DNA of 64,000 bases from Eledone cirrhosa (lineage: Eukaryota): positions 12,772,001 through 12,836,000 of the forward strand of contig OZ024745.1 of NCBI GenBank assembly GCA_964016885.1, given 5' to 3'. Below are positions 38,129 to 50,189 of the stretch, in pieces. The notes below the pieces were generated by a model. That model saw nothing but the letters and a program-made list of their open reading frames with translations, did no database searches and was not told where the DNA came from. A program made the position numbers and the translations under genes. The number at the start of each line of letters is the position of its first letter. The stretch's first letter is position 1.

Positions 38129-38230
38129 GTAACTTTTGAACATTGTCAAACATTTGTTGATGACTGGATTCTTGTTGAAGAAGAAACGATTACAAAAGCT
38201 ATATTTTTTATGCTTTCACAACATCAAATG
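38129..38230 (+). CDS. Ser/Thr dehydratase family exon (VTFEHCQTFVDDWILVEEETITKAIFFMLSQHQM)
   Basis: ttcctag acceptor and GTAAGG donor; 102 nt, phase 0/0; matches the family pattern TF..C...VD...LV.E.EI..A. Confidence 0.9.
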
Positions 38231-38698
38231 GTAAGGTTGTTTTTTATTTATTATTTTAGTATGGTTGAGACAACAAACTCATTATGTAGAAATTGGATGG
38301 GAGTCGTTGTCAACTGTTGATTATCTGATGGTATGTGGGTGAGATAGAAGGAAGCTTTGTGATACAGAGGTAGTCACAGGGGTGGAGGATATTATGTAGT
38401 TGAGGTTAAAATGTAGGAGGAGAGCTCAGCAGAAGAATTCAAGATCCCAGCAGAATTTTAACTCAGAACATAGAAGGACCAAATTAGGCACTAAATCTGG
38501 TATTCTGACTTTAATAGTAATAATAATGAAATTATTGTGTACAGTGCTCAGGTGCACTACAACTCATCAAAGGTGCATGTATGGTACATAGAATAATATA
38601 CAGATGTCAGGAAAGTGAATAGTGTATGAGTCATGATATACATGTGTGCGTGTGTATGGAGGGGGATATCAGGTGTAGTGTTGGTGAATCTCAGGTAG

Positions 38699-39480
38699 CA
38701 TGGAGGTTTTAAAGGATGCAGTGTCTCGACAGCTAACAACTGATGCAGGTAGTTTGTTCCATGGAGGTTTTAAAGGATGCAGTGTCTCGACAGCTAACAA
38801 CTGATGCAGGTAGTTTGTTCCATGGAGGTTTTAAAGGATGCAGTGTCTCGACAGCTAACAACTGATGCAGGTAGTTTGTTCCATGAAGGTTTTAAAGGAT
38901 GCAGTGTCTCGACAGCTAACAACTGATGCAGGTAGTTTGTTCCATGGAGGTTTTAAAGGATGCAGTGTCTTGACAGCTAACAACTGATGCAGGTAGTTTG
39001 TTCCATGGAGGCTTTAAAGGATGCAGTGTCTTGACAGCTAACAACTGATGCAGGTAGTTTGTTCCATGCTTCAGCAACTCTAAGCATGAAAACATGTTTC
39101 AGAAAGTCATGGGAGCTGTGCTGTTTTCTGACTTTGTAGGCATGTCCACGTGTGTTAGACACATGGAAATCAAAAATGTGCTCAGGGTTGTTGTTGGCAA
39201 GATGGTTAATAATTTGGTGGGTGTCTACCAAGTCAGTTGCCAGACGTCGGAGCTTTAATGTGTCCATGCCCAGGGAAGCAAGGCATTCAGAGTATGGTAG
39301 ATGCCTGATGGAGGGTATTCACTTGGTTGCACATCCCTGAACAGGTCAATGTTCTGAGCAAGATAGAGGTTCCAGAGTGGTGATGCAAATTCTAAGTGTG
39401 GCCACACCATAGCTATGTACAGCTTGAAGTAGATAGCTGGAGAGCGACTGACAAAGGTCTTTGCTGCCAGACAGCAGACA
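38699..39480 (-). mobile_element. CR1/L2-type LINE 3' fragment with a 61-bp segment amplified 6x (38699-39067)
   Basis: Minus-strand LYIAMVWPHLEFASPLWN...TLKLRRL..DL...TRGHAYKV...FMLRVAEAWNKLP. Tandem 61-bp units start at 38699, 38760, 38821, 38882, 38943 and 39004. Confidence 0.85.
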
Positions 39481-39521
39481 GTCCAAGATATCATAAAATT
39501 TAATTACTTTTTCTCTTGCAG

Positions 39522-39665
39522 GTTATTGAAGGTTCTGCTGGAGTTTCTCTTGGAGCATTTATTGCTAATGCGCCTCGCTTTGCTGGTCAGAAAAGTGTTA
39601 TATTAGCTTGTGGTGCCAACATTTCAATGATGAAACTTAAGGATATCATCAATGCAGCAGTATAA
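39522..39665 (+). CDS. Ser/Thr dehydratase family terminal exon (VIEGSAGVSLGAFIANAPRFAGQKSVILACGANISMMKLKDIINAAV*)
   Basis: ctcttgcag acceptor; IEGSAG and (S/C)GxN motifs; TAA at 39663-39665. Confidence 0.93.
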   Translation, partial: VIEGSAGVSLGAFIANAPRFAGQKSVILACGANISMMKLKDIINAAV

Positions 39666-39674
39666 AGAATAGAA

Positions 39675-39680
39675 AATAAA
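39675..39680 (+). promoter_or_regulatory. Candidate polyadenylation signal AATAAA
   Basis: Lies 10 nt after the dehydratase stop codon, but the AT-rich context makes a chance match possible. Confidence 0.35.
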
Positions 39681-41093
39681 TATTTTGAAGTTAAGATATA
39701 ATTCTTTCATTTATATATAAATACAGAAGACTTGCCTTCCCATGCATACAGATTGAAGCCTACATCTAGTATGTACCACTTAACCACTATCCTTCCCCTG
39801 CCATACACTACCCCACACTATAAAGTAGTTGCGTTGCTGTCATGGGAAGGTGGGTCTTCTGTATTACTGCATAACGCCAAAAATCTTGATCCTATTTTGT
39901 TGCTTTTAAGAGGTGCAATTGTGCAAGGTCAGCTTTTATCACCTCATCCCAGGTCTTCCTATTCCATAGTTTCCATCAACTTTGAGTACTCTACTCCTTT
40001 TTATACAGCTGTCATCCTTCCTACACATCATATGGTCATACCAACACAATCTCCTCTCATGCACACTGCATCTGATTCCTCTAATGCTAAATTTCTCTTT
40101 TAGTTCATTTATGCTTTACCATTCATGTATATTACTATTACACATTCATCAGAGCAAACAGGCTTCATTTCTTTCCAATCTTCACAGGACCTAGGTCTCA
40201 CTACCATGCAATATTGCTGTTCCTCTTTCAAATTTGACCTTTGGCGCCTAAAAATATCTTGGTAACACAACTAAACACCATATATAGTCATTTGTATGTA
40301 TGGACCTGTAACTCCTGATGAAGTGATAGGGGCACCCTAATGACATACAGCATTTCTTGGCCATTTAAAACCTGGTGAAGCTCATCTCTTCTCTCACAAG
40401 GCAAGCAATATGTGACAGAGGAATCAATGATAAAATGGAGTGTAGACTTATATTTGACATCAATATTTTGCTGATTTTCACCAACTTCAACATCAAAAAG
40501 ATACCAAAACACCCGAAGTGATTGCATTACAATGAAACACTGTTTTAATACATTTTTACAGAATATCTTTAGTACTTGCTGTCTTTACATTTTCATTTCT
40601 CTCAGCATGTGATTGGCTGAAAGTAAACAAATATTCAAGAAACTGGCACTACAACGCTATTAGCTGTCAGTCCAGTGGAAAACAGGCGAAGGTGACGTCA
40701 CTCGTCAACATCGTTTATTTCCGTATTACTACCACGCGTAAGTGGAGTTTTCACGCGGTTTTTTGAGAGAGAGAGGGAAGAGGAGAGAGAGAGGGAAGAC
40801 TTAAAAGGGCCAAATTAGAAAACAAATAGAAAAAACAAATAGAAAACAAGTCATGGTTATAAAGCATATCGATGTAAGTGGAGTCACTTAAATGAAAATA
40901 TAGGTGGCCCTTAAAAGGGCCAAATTAGAAAACAAATTTAAGTTAATTAGAAAACAAGTCATGGTTATCAATGTAGAAAACAGGTCATTCATAAATTTAA
41001 GTTTTATAATCAAATTTTTTTTACCAACAAATATGACAGCTAATAGCGTTGTAGTGCCCGCAATTCTGTATCTTTACGTATATTGCGCATAGA

Positions 41094-41340
41094 TACGAGG
41101 GTTGACAAAGATACTCTCATGGAATGTGACCAAATGAGGTTTATTTTTCAACATAGTCTCCCTTGCGTTCCACACACTTCTTCCATCGGTGTTGCAGTAC
41201 TGAGATCAATGTTTTCCTCGGTAGTGGCAGTTGTAGGACGTCCAGACATTGGGTCATCTTCAAGAATCCCCTATCCTTTCCTAAATTCGGCTGCCCACTT
41301 TTGCACAAAGGAAAATTGTGGTACAATATTGTAAGGTCTG
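41094..41340 (-). mobile_element. Mariner 3' end fragment
   Basis: Minus strand LQHRWKKCVERKGDYVEK* followed by a TACGAGGG-type TIR. A similar fragment lies at ~925-1080. Confidence 0.75.
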
Positions 41341-42062
41341 CTTATAGCATTATCCATCTTTCAAAAATGAAGGTCCACATTTCGTCGACTTCAATACACT
41401 TTATTACATTTTATTGTATTGTAAACATTAACTTTTATGGAAATTGTATTACAAAATTTCAATTTAGTTCGATTTTTTGGAATTTATTTAACAAACATGG
41501 AAAAATAAGAAAAATAAGAAAAAGAATAAAATAATTTGATTGCCTTTAATAAAGAAGATAAATAGAGTGGAACTGATTTCCAGGTCATACTAATGAAACA
41601 AGGTTTTTTTCCATTACTGATATTATCTGTCTGCCGCAAGTCCTGGTAGAAGATGCTACATGAACTAAAGTATTTTACTGAAGGACGCAACATGCTGCAG
41701 GATCGAAGAAACGAGCCCATGACTTTATAATGGTTAGTCCAGTACCGTAACCCCTAAGGCATGTGCCTTCACAGAGGAAAGGTAAATCATATTATAACAG
41801 ATTAGATGGGTACTATGTTAGATATTACTATGTGTCATATTATACCAAAGAGGAAGTGAGCTGTATAATAAACATTGATATCAGGTTGATTCAATAACTA
41901 CCCGGTCCCAAATATGAACCCATGAACTAATGGTCGTCAGTCAAACACTTTAACCATTGTATGTATGTATACACGTATGGATCGATGGATGTATGTATGT
42001 GTGTATACATGTATGTATGGATGTATGCATACATGTATATATGTAAGTATGTATGCGTGTAT

Positions 42063-44300
42063 GAAAACAACTGGAAGGACTTCAGGAGCTCGGTCTATGA
42101 GGCTTCAGCAGAGGTCCTTGGCTTTGTCACAAGAAAACAAGGACTGGTTTGATGAGAATGACCAGGAGGTCAAGGCTCTGCTAGACAGAAAACAAAAGGC
42201 ACTTGATGCAGTTCTTAAAGGTGGTAGCTCTGTTGGTGACAATTATGAGTGTTACAGACAGGTAAAGAAGGAAGTGCAGGTGAAACTCAGGGCTATGCAA
42301 AATACCTGGTGGAGCAACAAAGCAGATGAAGTTCAAGTGGCATCTGACGGCAACAATGTGAAACTGCCGCACTTTCTACTCACAGAGGTGTATGGCCCTT
42401 TCAGCTCTCCAGTGGCCCCTTTGAGATCGAAAGATGGCAAGCAATTACTGCGTGACCCAAAAGACACTCAACAGATAGAGAGATCACTTTGATGAGCTCT
42501 TAAACCAACCATCCCAGGTTGATGATGATTTCCTTTGTTCCATTCCTATTGAACCAGTGAAGCATATGAGATGGCTAATGTATCTTCTCTTGCAGAGGAG
42601 ACTTCTGTTGTGCATAAGCTGAACTGTGGTAAGTCTCCTGGTATGGATGGTCTGAGTGGAGCGGTTTTGAAGTGTGGTGGTGAAAACTTCACGCAGCGCA
42701 TGACTGACCTCATGAAAATGGTGTGGGAAGATAAGAATGTCCCACAAGAAGGATGCGCTCATGGTGATTCTCCATAAAGTAAAGGACGGCAAGGACAAAT
42801 GTGGCAATTATCATGTCATATCCCTTCTTTCAGTAGTTGGTAAAGTTGTGTCGAATATTGATGGATAGATTGATCCCAAGAGTTGCTCTGAATGTGTTGC
42901 CTGAGTCGCAGTGTGGGTTCAGAAACGAAAGAGGAACAGTGGATATGATCGTTTCTGCTCGGCAGCTGCAAGAAAAGTGTATCAAACAATGTATGGACCT
43001 CTACCAGGTCTTTGTTGACTTGACAAAGGCCTTTGACACTGTCAATCGAACTGCATTGTGGGAAAAAATCCAAGGTAGGGTAGAAGATTCTGCATCTTTT
43101 CCATGATGACATGAAGGCTTTGGTCAGTATTGGTGGTAGCATCTCTGAACCAATATCAGTTGAAAATGGAGTGAAGCAGGGGGACATTCCGGCTCCAACT
43201 CTGTTTCCCTTATATTTTACGATAGTGTTTCTCATGGCATTCAAATATTGTTCTCATGGGGTTTACATCAGGTATCGCACTTCAGGAAGGTTGTTCAACA
43301 CCAGGCGCTTTGGTACAAGCACAAAAGTATTAACATCTATAATCCGAGAGTTTTTGTATGCAGACGACTGCGATCTTTTTGCACACTCACAAAGTGACAT
43401 GCAGCATATTATGAACTCTTTTTCTGCAGCCTGCAGCATTTTAGGCGTCACAATAAGCTTGGAAAAGACTGTTGTGATCTATCAGCCAGTACCTGGAAAC
43501 GAGTACACTGCACCAAGTGTGTACGTGTACGGAAAGAGGCTAAACGTTGCTGACAAGTTTCTTTACCTTGGTAGTACGTTGAACACTTCATGCACACATG
43601 ATAATGAAATATCCTTAAGAATCAAGAAAGCCAGTGATGCTTTTGGACGGCTGCATCAACGTTTATGGTCCAGACGAGGTATCACTATCGAAACCAAGGT
43701 GAAAGTGTATCTGACTTGTGTCGTCTCCTCTTTACTTTATGTTTGTGAAACGTGGGTCACATACAGAAAGCACCTCAAGGATCTGGAGAGATTTCCCCAA
43801 CAATCTCTTCATAAGTTACTTGGGGTGTGGTGGAAAATGTTCGCCAGTGACTTGGAAGTTCTAGAACGGAGCAGGTGCGTGACTATAGAGAGCATAATCT
43901 TTCGGTTGAGGTGGTACAGTCACGTGGTCCGGATGTCTGATGATCGTATTCCAAAACAACTTCTCTATGGAGAACTGTGTGAAGGAAGGCGACCACCACA
44001 TAAACCAAAATGGCGGTATCGGGACTGTATCAGGGGCACCTTGGCTTGTGCTGGAATTTCATCTGACGAATGGGAGAAAATGGCTGACGAGCGTGTGAAG
44101 TTTGATCAAGTCAGGTGGTGAACACTTTGAAACTCGTCGGAGAGAACACCTAACACTGAAAAGGAAGGTGAGGATTGAGACTGTTCTGAACTGCCTGCTG
44201 TTGAACATCATCTGGTTTGCCAGCACTGTGGTCGAGTCAGCCTGAGCAAAGCTGGTTTGATTAGACATGAATAAAGTCATATCAGTAGACCTCATGTAGA
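42063..44300 (+). mobile_element. RTE-clade LINE, 5'-truncated, frameshifted reverse transcriptase
   Basis: KSPGMDG, LPESQCGFR..RGTVDMI, FVDLTKAFDTVNR, GVKQG..PAPTLF, FLYADD, FLYLGS and RLRWYSHVVRMSDDRIPKQLLYGEL across ORFs 41965-44121. Confidence 0.95.
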
Positions 44301-45552
44301 TCATGATCTGAAAATGTACAAGCATAGGAGGTCTTAAAAGATACATGTGAACATACAGCCAGAACAAAGCAATGGAAGGTTTCGGGGGAGCCTAAAGTTG
44401 CCATGTGTGTGCCAGAGGGTGCAAGTATTTGGCTGGTTTAAAGAGTCACATTTGTGCTTCACATTTTTGAACATTTTATCGGGCGATGGCAATACTTGAA
44501 CACGAGTTTGCAGCCATCATATAGTATGTATGTATGTATGTTGGGTCACTCTTGAGTGCTATTAGTAACATGTAACCCAGTACAACCTGTCGCGTGGTCG
44601 GGTCGTCGGCGACTAAACCGGCAACCCCACCAAGTTTACTTGGTGAGGAGGGTGATTTTGGACACCCTGCAGGACAAAAAACAAAACCTGACAAAGGGCG
44701 GAAGATCTCATAAGAGTCAACGGCCATCCAAAAGTGCGTAAATATGTATATACACATGTACATATGTATGTATATGTATGTGTGAATATACATGGGTGCA
44801 TGTGTATGTACATACGCGGGGACATAGAAATAATTGGGCTGGACACCCGATTGCGCGGTTAAACCACTGGGTGTGAAGGACCCCTAGCCTTTGTCAGGGC
44901 ATTCTTCTAGGTGAAGGCAACTCAGGAAACTGGGATAACTCCGATATAAAACCTGCGGCTCAGTAGTTACCGATGATGTTGATATTTTCTTCTTTTCGGG
45001 TTATAGCTACTGTCGCTCAGAGAGTGGGATTGGCTCAGTGCACAGTCTTTCCTCATTTAAAAAAATATCTTCATGCACAGGCATTGCACGATAAAATTAA
45101 TTAATAATACGGCCCTTGCCATTCTGAGTTCAAATCCCGCCAAGGTTAACTTTGCCTTTCATCATTACGGGGTCGATAAAATAAAGTACCAGTAATGCAC
45201 TGGGTAATTGCTGGCCTTGTGCCTAACGTAGAAACAATTATTAATAATGGTATATCGTGCAATGGGCAGCCATCATGTATGCATGCATGCGTGTATGTAT
45301 GTGTGTGTTTGAGTGTATATATATATATATGTGCATGTGGGTGTGTATATATATATCTCCATATACATATTTATTCAGCTGATATAGGCTGGATTGGTTG
45401 GAATATTCTGACGCGAATTCTTTCTGCTCTGTTAAATCGAAACAAATCTTGACTTTTTATTTGAGGTTTTCTATATAAGAGACCGGGAGAACATGTTGAT
45501 ACTATGAAGGCCATTTTTCCTAAGCCGCCTGGACTATTGCTCCCAGCTGTGG

Positions 45553-46080
45553 TCACCCCCATAGTATCAAACTAACCACGGAACTTGAGAAAATCCAACG
45601 AAGCTACACCAAGAGGATTGCACAATGAAGGAGATGAGCTACTAGGAGAGGCTAAAAGAACTGAAACTCTACTCCTTGGAACGAAGACGGGAGAGATACG
45701 CAGTGATATACATATGAAAAATCCTGGAGGGACTAGCGCCAAACTTTGGTATTGAGAGCGGGACCAACCCCCGAACAGGACGTCACTGTGTGGTGACAAA
45801 GGTCCCGTCTTCCACATCTAGAACAAGAAGCAGATATTGCAATAGACTGGGGTTCAAAGGCCCTCAACTCTTCAACAAACTGCCGAGGGATTTGAGAGAT
45901 CTACATGGTGTGGCCGTGGATATTTTCAAGAAACTTCTTGACACCCTGTTATCCAGGATCCCGGTACGAAGGTAACCTAAAGGCAGCAGCAACGAACTCC
46001 CTCTTACATCAATGGCCAGCCAACACAGGCTGGAGATAGAATGTGTAGCAACAAGGGCAGTGCCCAATCATGGTCTCAGC
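45553..46080 (+). mobile_element. CR1-like LINE 3' fragment; inverted related copy at 48827-49122
   Basis: LKELKLYSLERRRERYAVIY.., GFKGPQLFNKLPRDLRDL..FKKLLD..LSRIP. Confidence 0.8.
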
Positions 46081-46132
46081 CGGATGGCTGGAACAGCTAC
46101 AAGAGTATATATATATATTTAATATAGAAATG

Positions 46133-46182
46133 GCTTCAACAGGACTAGAACTGTTTCATACGGAGGAAATCATCAGAAAAGC
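46133..46182 (-). ncRNA. Degenerate type I hammerhead ribozyme (PLE-associated)
   Basis: Minus strand GCTTTT-CTGATGA-TTTCCTCCGTAT-GAAA-CAG..CTG-TT-GAAGC. A truncated sister copy lies at ~5185-5228 (+) with a GUA triplet. Confidence 0.5.
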
Positions 46183-46445
46183 TGACTGTCAATGTAATAT
46201 GGTGGTATTTTCTGGTGGTAGGGGAGGGTAGTAAATTGATGCTAAGTAGTCAAACACATACACACTGACAGGCACTCCTAATTTTCAAGATTCATTTATT
46301 CTAAAACAAAAGGTTTTCATTGAGTGGCAATATTAAAATGCTCTGCTAAAAGATATAAATGTGTGTGTATACATATATATATGTGTGTGTTTGTGTATAT
46401 ATATATATGTGTGTGTGTGTTTGTGTATATATATTTGTGTGTGTG

Positions 46446-46479
<34 letters not shown>

Positions 46480-47460
46480 CAAATTTCAATAATATTAATA
46501 CACCCTAATGGGGGTTAAACTCCCTATAGTGAAAAGTTTGGCCAATAAATGGAACAAGATTTTACGAACTTATCCTCTGGTTTTGGAGATAGACCCCCAT
46601 AACCATATATATTCTGAAACTACATTGCCCAGGGTACTTGTATAAGTATATTTCATTTTAATCAAAGGGTTCATCGGGGGCACAAAACCGCCGCTGATAC
46701 TTTACCTTCGATTTATATGAAATTTAAACCATAGGTAAATGACAAGATATGATGCCTATTCACATCATTTCAGCAAATTTCAATAAAATTACAATACCCT
46801 AAATCTGAGTTAAACCCTCTATTAGGGTTCACCAGAGGGCACAAAATCCCCGCTGAAAGTTTTTTCGGTTCGATTTATATGCAATTTAAACCATAGATAA
46901 ATGAAGAGATATGATGCCTATTCACAAAATTTCAATACTATAAGACACCTTAATACTATAAGACTCTATTAGGGTTCCCCGGGGGTACAAACCCCCGCTG
47001 AAAACTTCTCCCTTTCATTTTATATGAAACTTAAACCATAGGTAAATGACAAGATATGATGCCTATTCACAAAAGTTTCAATTGATATTTTGAAAAAAAT
47101 TATTTACAAGAAACAAAATAAGAATAAGATTTAATAATGCAATTTTGATTTGATATATTACAAAAAAATGATGTTTTCCAATTTTTCATGCATTATATTT
47201 TACAGCATAGTTACGTCCCTTTACGATCTGAGTTCAAATCCCGAGGTTGACTTTATTTTATCGACCCCGTAAGGATGAAAGGCAAAGTACCAGTAATGCA
47301 CTGGGTAATTGCTGGCCTTGTGCCTAAAGTAGAAACAATTATATTTTACATTGAGTAATATTGAGTTTTTCTCCATAAATTATATCACTGATTTAAAATC
47401 AATCATTTTCTTACAAAAAAAATGAGTGAAACGCAGCAAGGCGCTGGTAATTCGGCTAGT
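46480..47460 (+). mobile_element. Non-autonomous Helentron/DINE-like element with ~160-175-bp internal tandem repeats
   Basis: Three copies of AGGGTTC..GGGGCACAAAA..CCGCTGA..AAACCATAGGTAAATGACAAGATATGATGCCTATTCACA (46665-47070). Terminus GCAGCAAGGCGCTGGTAATTCGGCTAGT. Confidence 0.5.
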
Positions 47461-47489
47461 ATATATATATATGTGAGTGTGTGTATATA

Positions 47490-48130
47490 TATGTGTGTAT
47501 GTGTATGTAGGAGAGGTGTAGGTAGAAACTCCATCCTCCGCCACATATGCAAACTATGGATACACAAGAGATGTAGTGGGATCTCAGGAAGTTTAGTTAA
47601 GAATGTAGGCTTTACATGTAGCAGTTGGACAAGTGACATCAAAGTCTGGGAGGACTTGGTAAAAACAATACCGAATTAGCAGCGGAGGGGGTGTTCTGAA
47701 AGGATGGGATGGAAGAAGTTGAGGGAGCTACTGCCGCAGCTGGATACAAAAGGCTTTTCCCTCAGAATAAAAGGTAGACTGTATGATGTGTGCACATGAA
47801 CGGCAATGTTGCATGGTAGTGAGAGCTGGGTGCTGTGTGTAGAAGACTTGCGTAGATTAGAAAGGAATGAAGCTTGTATGCTCCGATGGATGTGTAATAG
47901 TAATATACGCGAACAGCAAACCATAAACAAACTGTAAGAGAAACTAGGCATAAGAGGAATCAAATGTGCAGTAGAGGAGATTATGTTGGTATGGACATGT
48001 GATTCGTATGAAGGATGACAGCTACATAAAGTCCCAGAAAGACTTGAGATGAAGTGATAAAAGCCGACCTTGCCCAATTGCATCTCTGAAAGGCAATGAC
48101 ACAGAACCAAGATCTCTGGCGTTATGAGGT
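47490..48130 (+). mobile_element. RTE/RTE-X-like LINE fragments
   Basis: GVGRNSI...CKLWIHKRCSGI zinc-knuckle, then GWKKLRELLP...KGRLYDVC..TAMLHGSESW...LERNEACMLRWMC. Confidence 0.75.
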
Positions 48131-49494
48131 AATACAGAAACCCCAACTTCCCACAGGCCAAGGCTGAAACATACATACAGTATGCACCACTCCATCCCAC
48201 ATGCCAATATATCTTTCATGAGAACAGGCCGAAACACTGTAAAGTGGTCGTGATGGTGACACGGTAAAAAACACCCAGTCCACACTGTAAAGTAGTCGTG
48301 GAGGAATCACAACAAAAAAAACCCAGTACTCACTGTAAATGAACTTGGCATTAGGAAGGGCATCCAGCTGTAGAAACCAAGCCAAAATCAGTTCTTTATG
48401 AGCAAGACATGGTCACCTGACCGCACATGGCTCAGTGGTTAGAGCATTGGGCTTGCAATTGAAAGGTTGTGAGTTTAATTCTCGGACTGAGTGATGTGTT
48501 GTTTCCTTGAGCAAGACACTTTATTTCACATTGCTCCAGTTTACTCAGCTGTAGAAATGAGATGATAGGACTGGGGTCCCTATCATTCCACGGCAAAAAA
48601 AAAACAGCCAGCACTCACTGTAAATTAAGTTGGTGTTAGGAAGGGCATCCAGCTGTAGAAATCAAGACAAGGTCAGCCGACCGGACACTGCCCACAACAG
48701 GACAACCCATGCTAGCGTAGAAGAACTGACATAAATGATGATGATGATGATGAAATATAATAGAGTTTTATAGCTTGCTTGAAGCATTGATGAATAGGAA
48801 ACACAAATTAAAATTTTGAAAACCAAGTTGAGGGCCTTTGAACCCCAGGCTGCTCCTGATTCTAGATGTGGAAGACGGGACCTTTGGTACCACACAGTGA
48901 CGTCCTGTTCGAGAATTGGTCCAGCCCTCAATGCGAAAGTTTGGTCTTAGTCCCGGCAGGATTTTCCATATGTATATCATTGCGAAGGGTAGAGTTTCAG
49001 TTCTTTTAGCCTCTCCCAGTAGCTCATCTCCTTCATTGTGCAATCCTCTTGGTGTAGCTTCGTTGGATTTTCTCAAGTTCCGTGGTTAGTTTGATACTAT
49101 GGCGTGACCACAGCTGGGAGCATTCATCATCATTTCATTTTATGTCCACTTTTTCCCTGCTTGCAAGGGTGGGACGGGAACTGATTCTGGCTTGATTTCT
49201 ACAGCTGGATGCTGTTCCTAACACCAACCTCATTTACAGTGAGTGCTGGGTGCTTTTTTCCCCGTGGCAACTCCACATCCACTTTACAGTGTGGGCTGGG
49301 TGCTTTTTTGTCATGGCACCTCCACGACTGCCAGTCCTATCATCTCATTTCTACAGCTGAGTAAACTGGAGCAATGTGAAATAAAGTGTCTTGCTCAAGG
49401 AAACAACACATCACCCGGTGTGAGAATTGAACTCACAACCTTTCGATTGCAAAGCCAATGCTCTCAATATGTACACACACAGTAATAATAATAC

Positions 49495-50062
49495 ATATGA
49501 AGACTAAAATCCAAAGAGGGCTCGATAGGGATAAATATATATCAAATATATAAGAACCGTAGAGCAAATATTTATTAAAATAACAGATTAAAGTTTAAGC
49601 AAAGAATCGGCTGCTTTCACCCTTAATGGGATCTTCTGAAACTAAAAAAGAAAAAAAAAAATCAATCTGTGAATGCAGAAGTAAATATTTCGAAAAACGT
49701 TGCAACCGAAAGAAGACAGGAAGGCGATACTTTGGTTCGTGGAGACGTAGTTTTAGGTATTTCTTCTTGCTTGGTACGGGTATGTTCTTTGTAGAAATAT
49801 TCAGATGTTTCTGCATTATGAATATAAGTCAATAGAGTACTCAATCAAGGGAGCCAAATAGTAATAATAATAAATTTGAAGACATCCAAAGAGGGCTCGA
49901 TAAGGATAAATATATATCAAATATATAAGAACCGTAGAGCAAATATTTATTAAAATAACAAATTAAAGTTTAAGCAAAGAATCGGCTGCTTTCACCCTTA
50001 ATGGGATCTTCTGAAACTAAAAAAAAAAAAATCAATCTGTGAACGCAGAAGTAAATATTTCT
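49495..50062. repeat. ~376-bp tandem duplication of Helitron-like internal sequence
   Basis: TATTAAAATAACAGATTAAAGTTTAAGCAAAGAATCG... is also at 19586-19700, and is preceded by the reverse complement of 17847-17890. Confidence 0.75.
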
Positions 50063-50189
50063 AAGCCGAGCTTTCCCAATTGCACCTCTCAAGGGCAATG
50101 ACACACGACCATGACCTCTGGCGTCACACAGAAAACCCGACTTTCCACAGGAACATATAGACAATTTTTGTTTTCCTTTGTTGTTTTTA

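Noticed and set aside
44540-44630. Possible HDV-like ribozyme in an RTE 5'-UTR-like repeat (ACC-TGTCGCGT-GGT hairpin)
   Set aside because: I could not build the nested double pseudoknot (P1.1/P2) by eye; it needs a covariance-model search.
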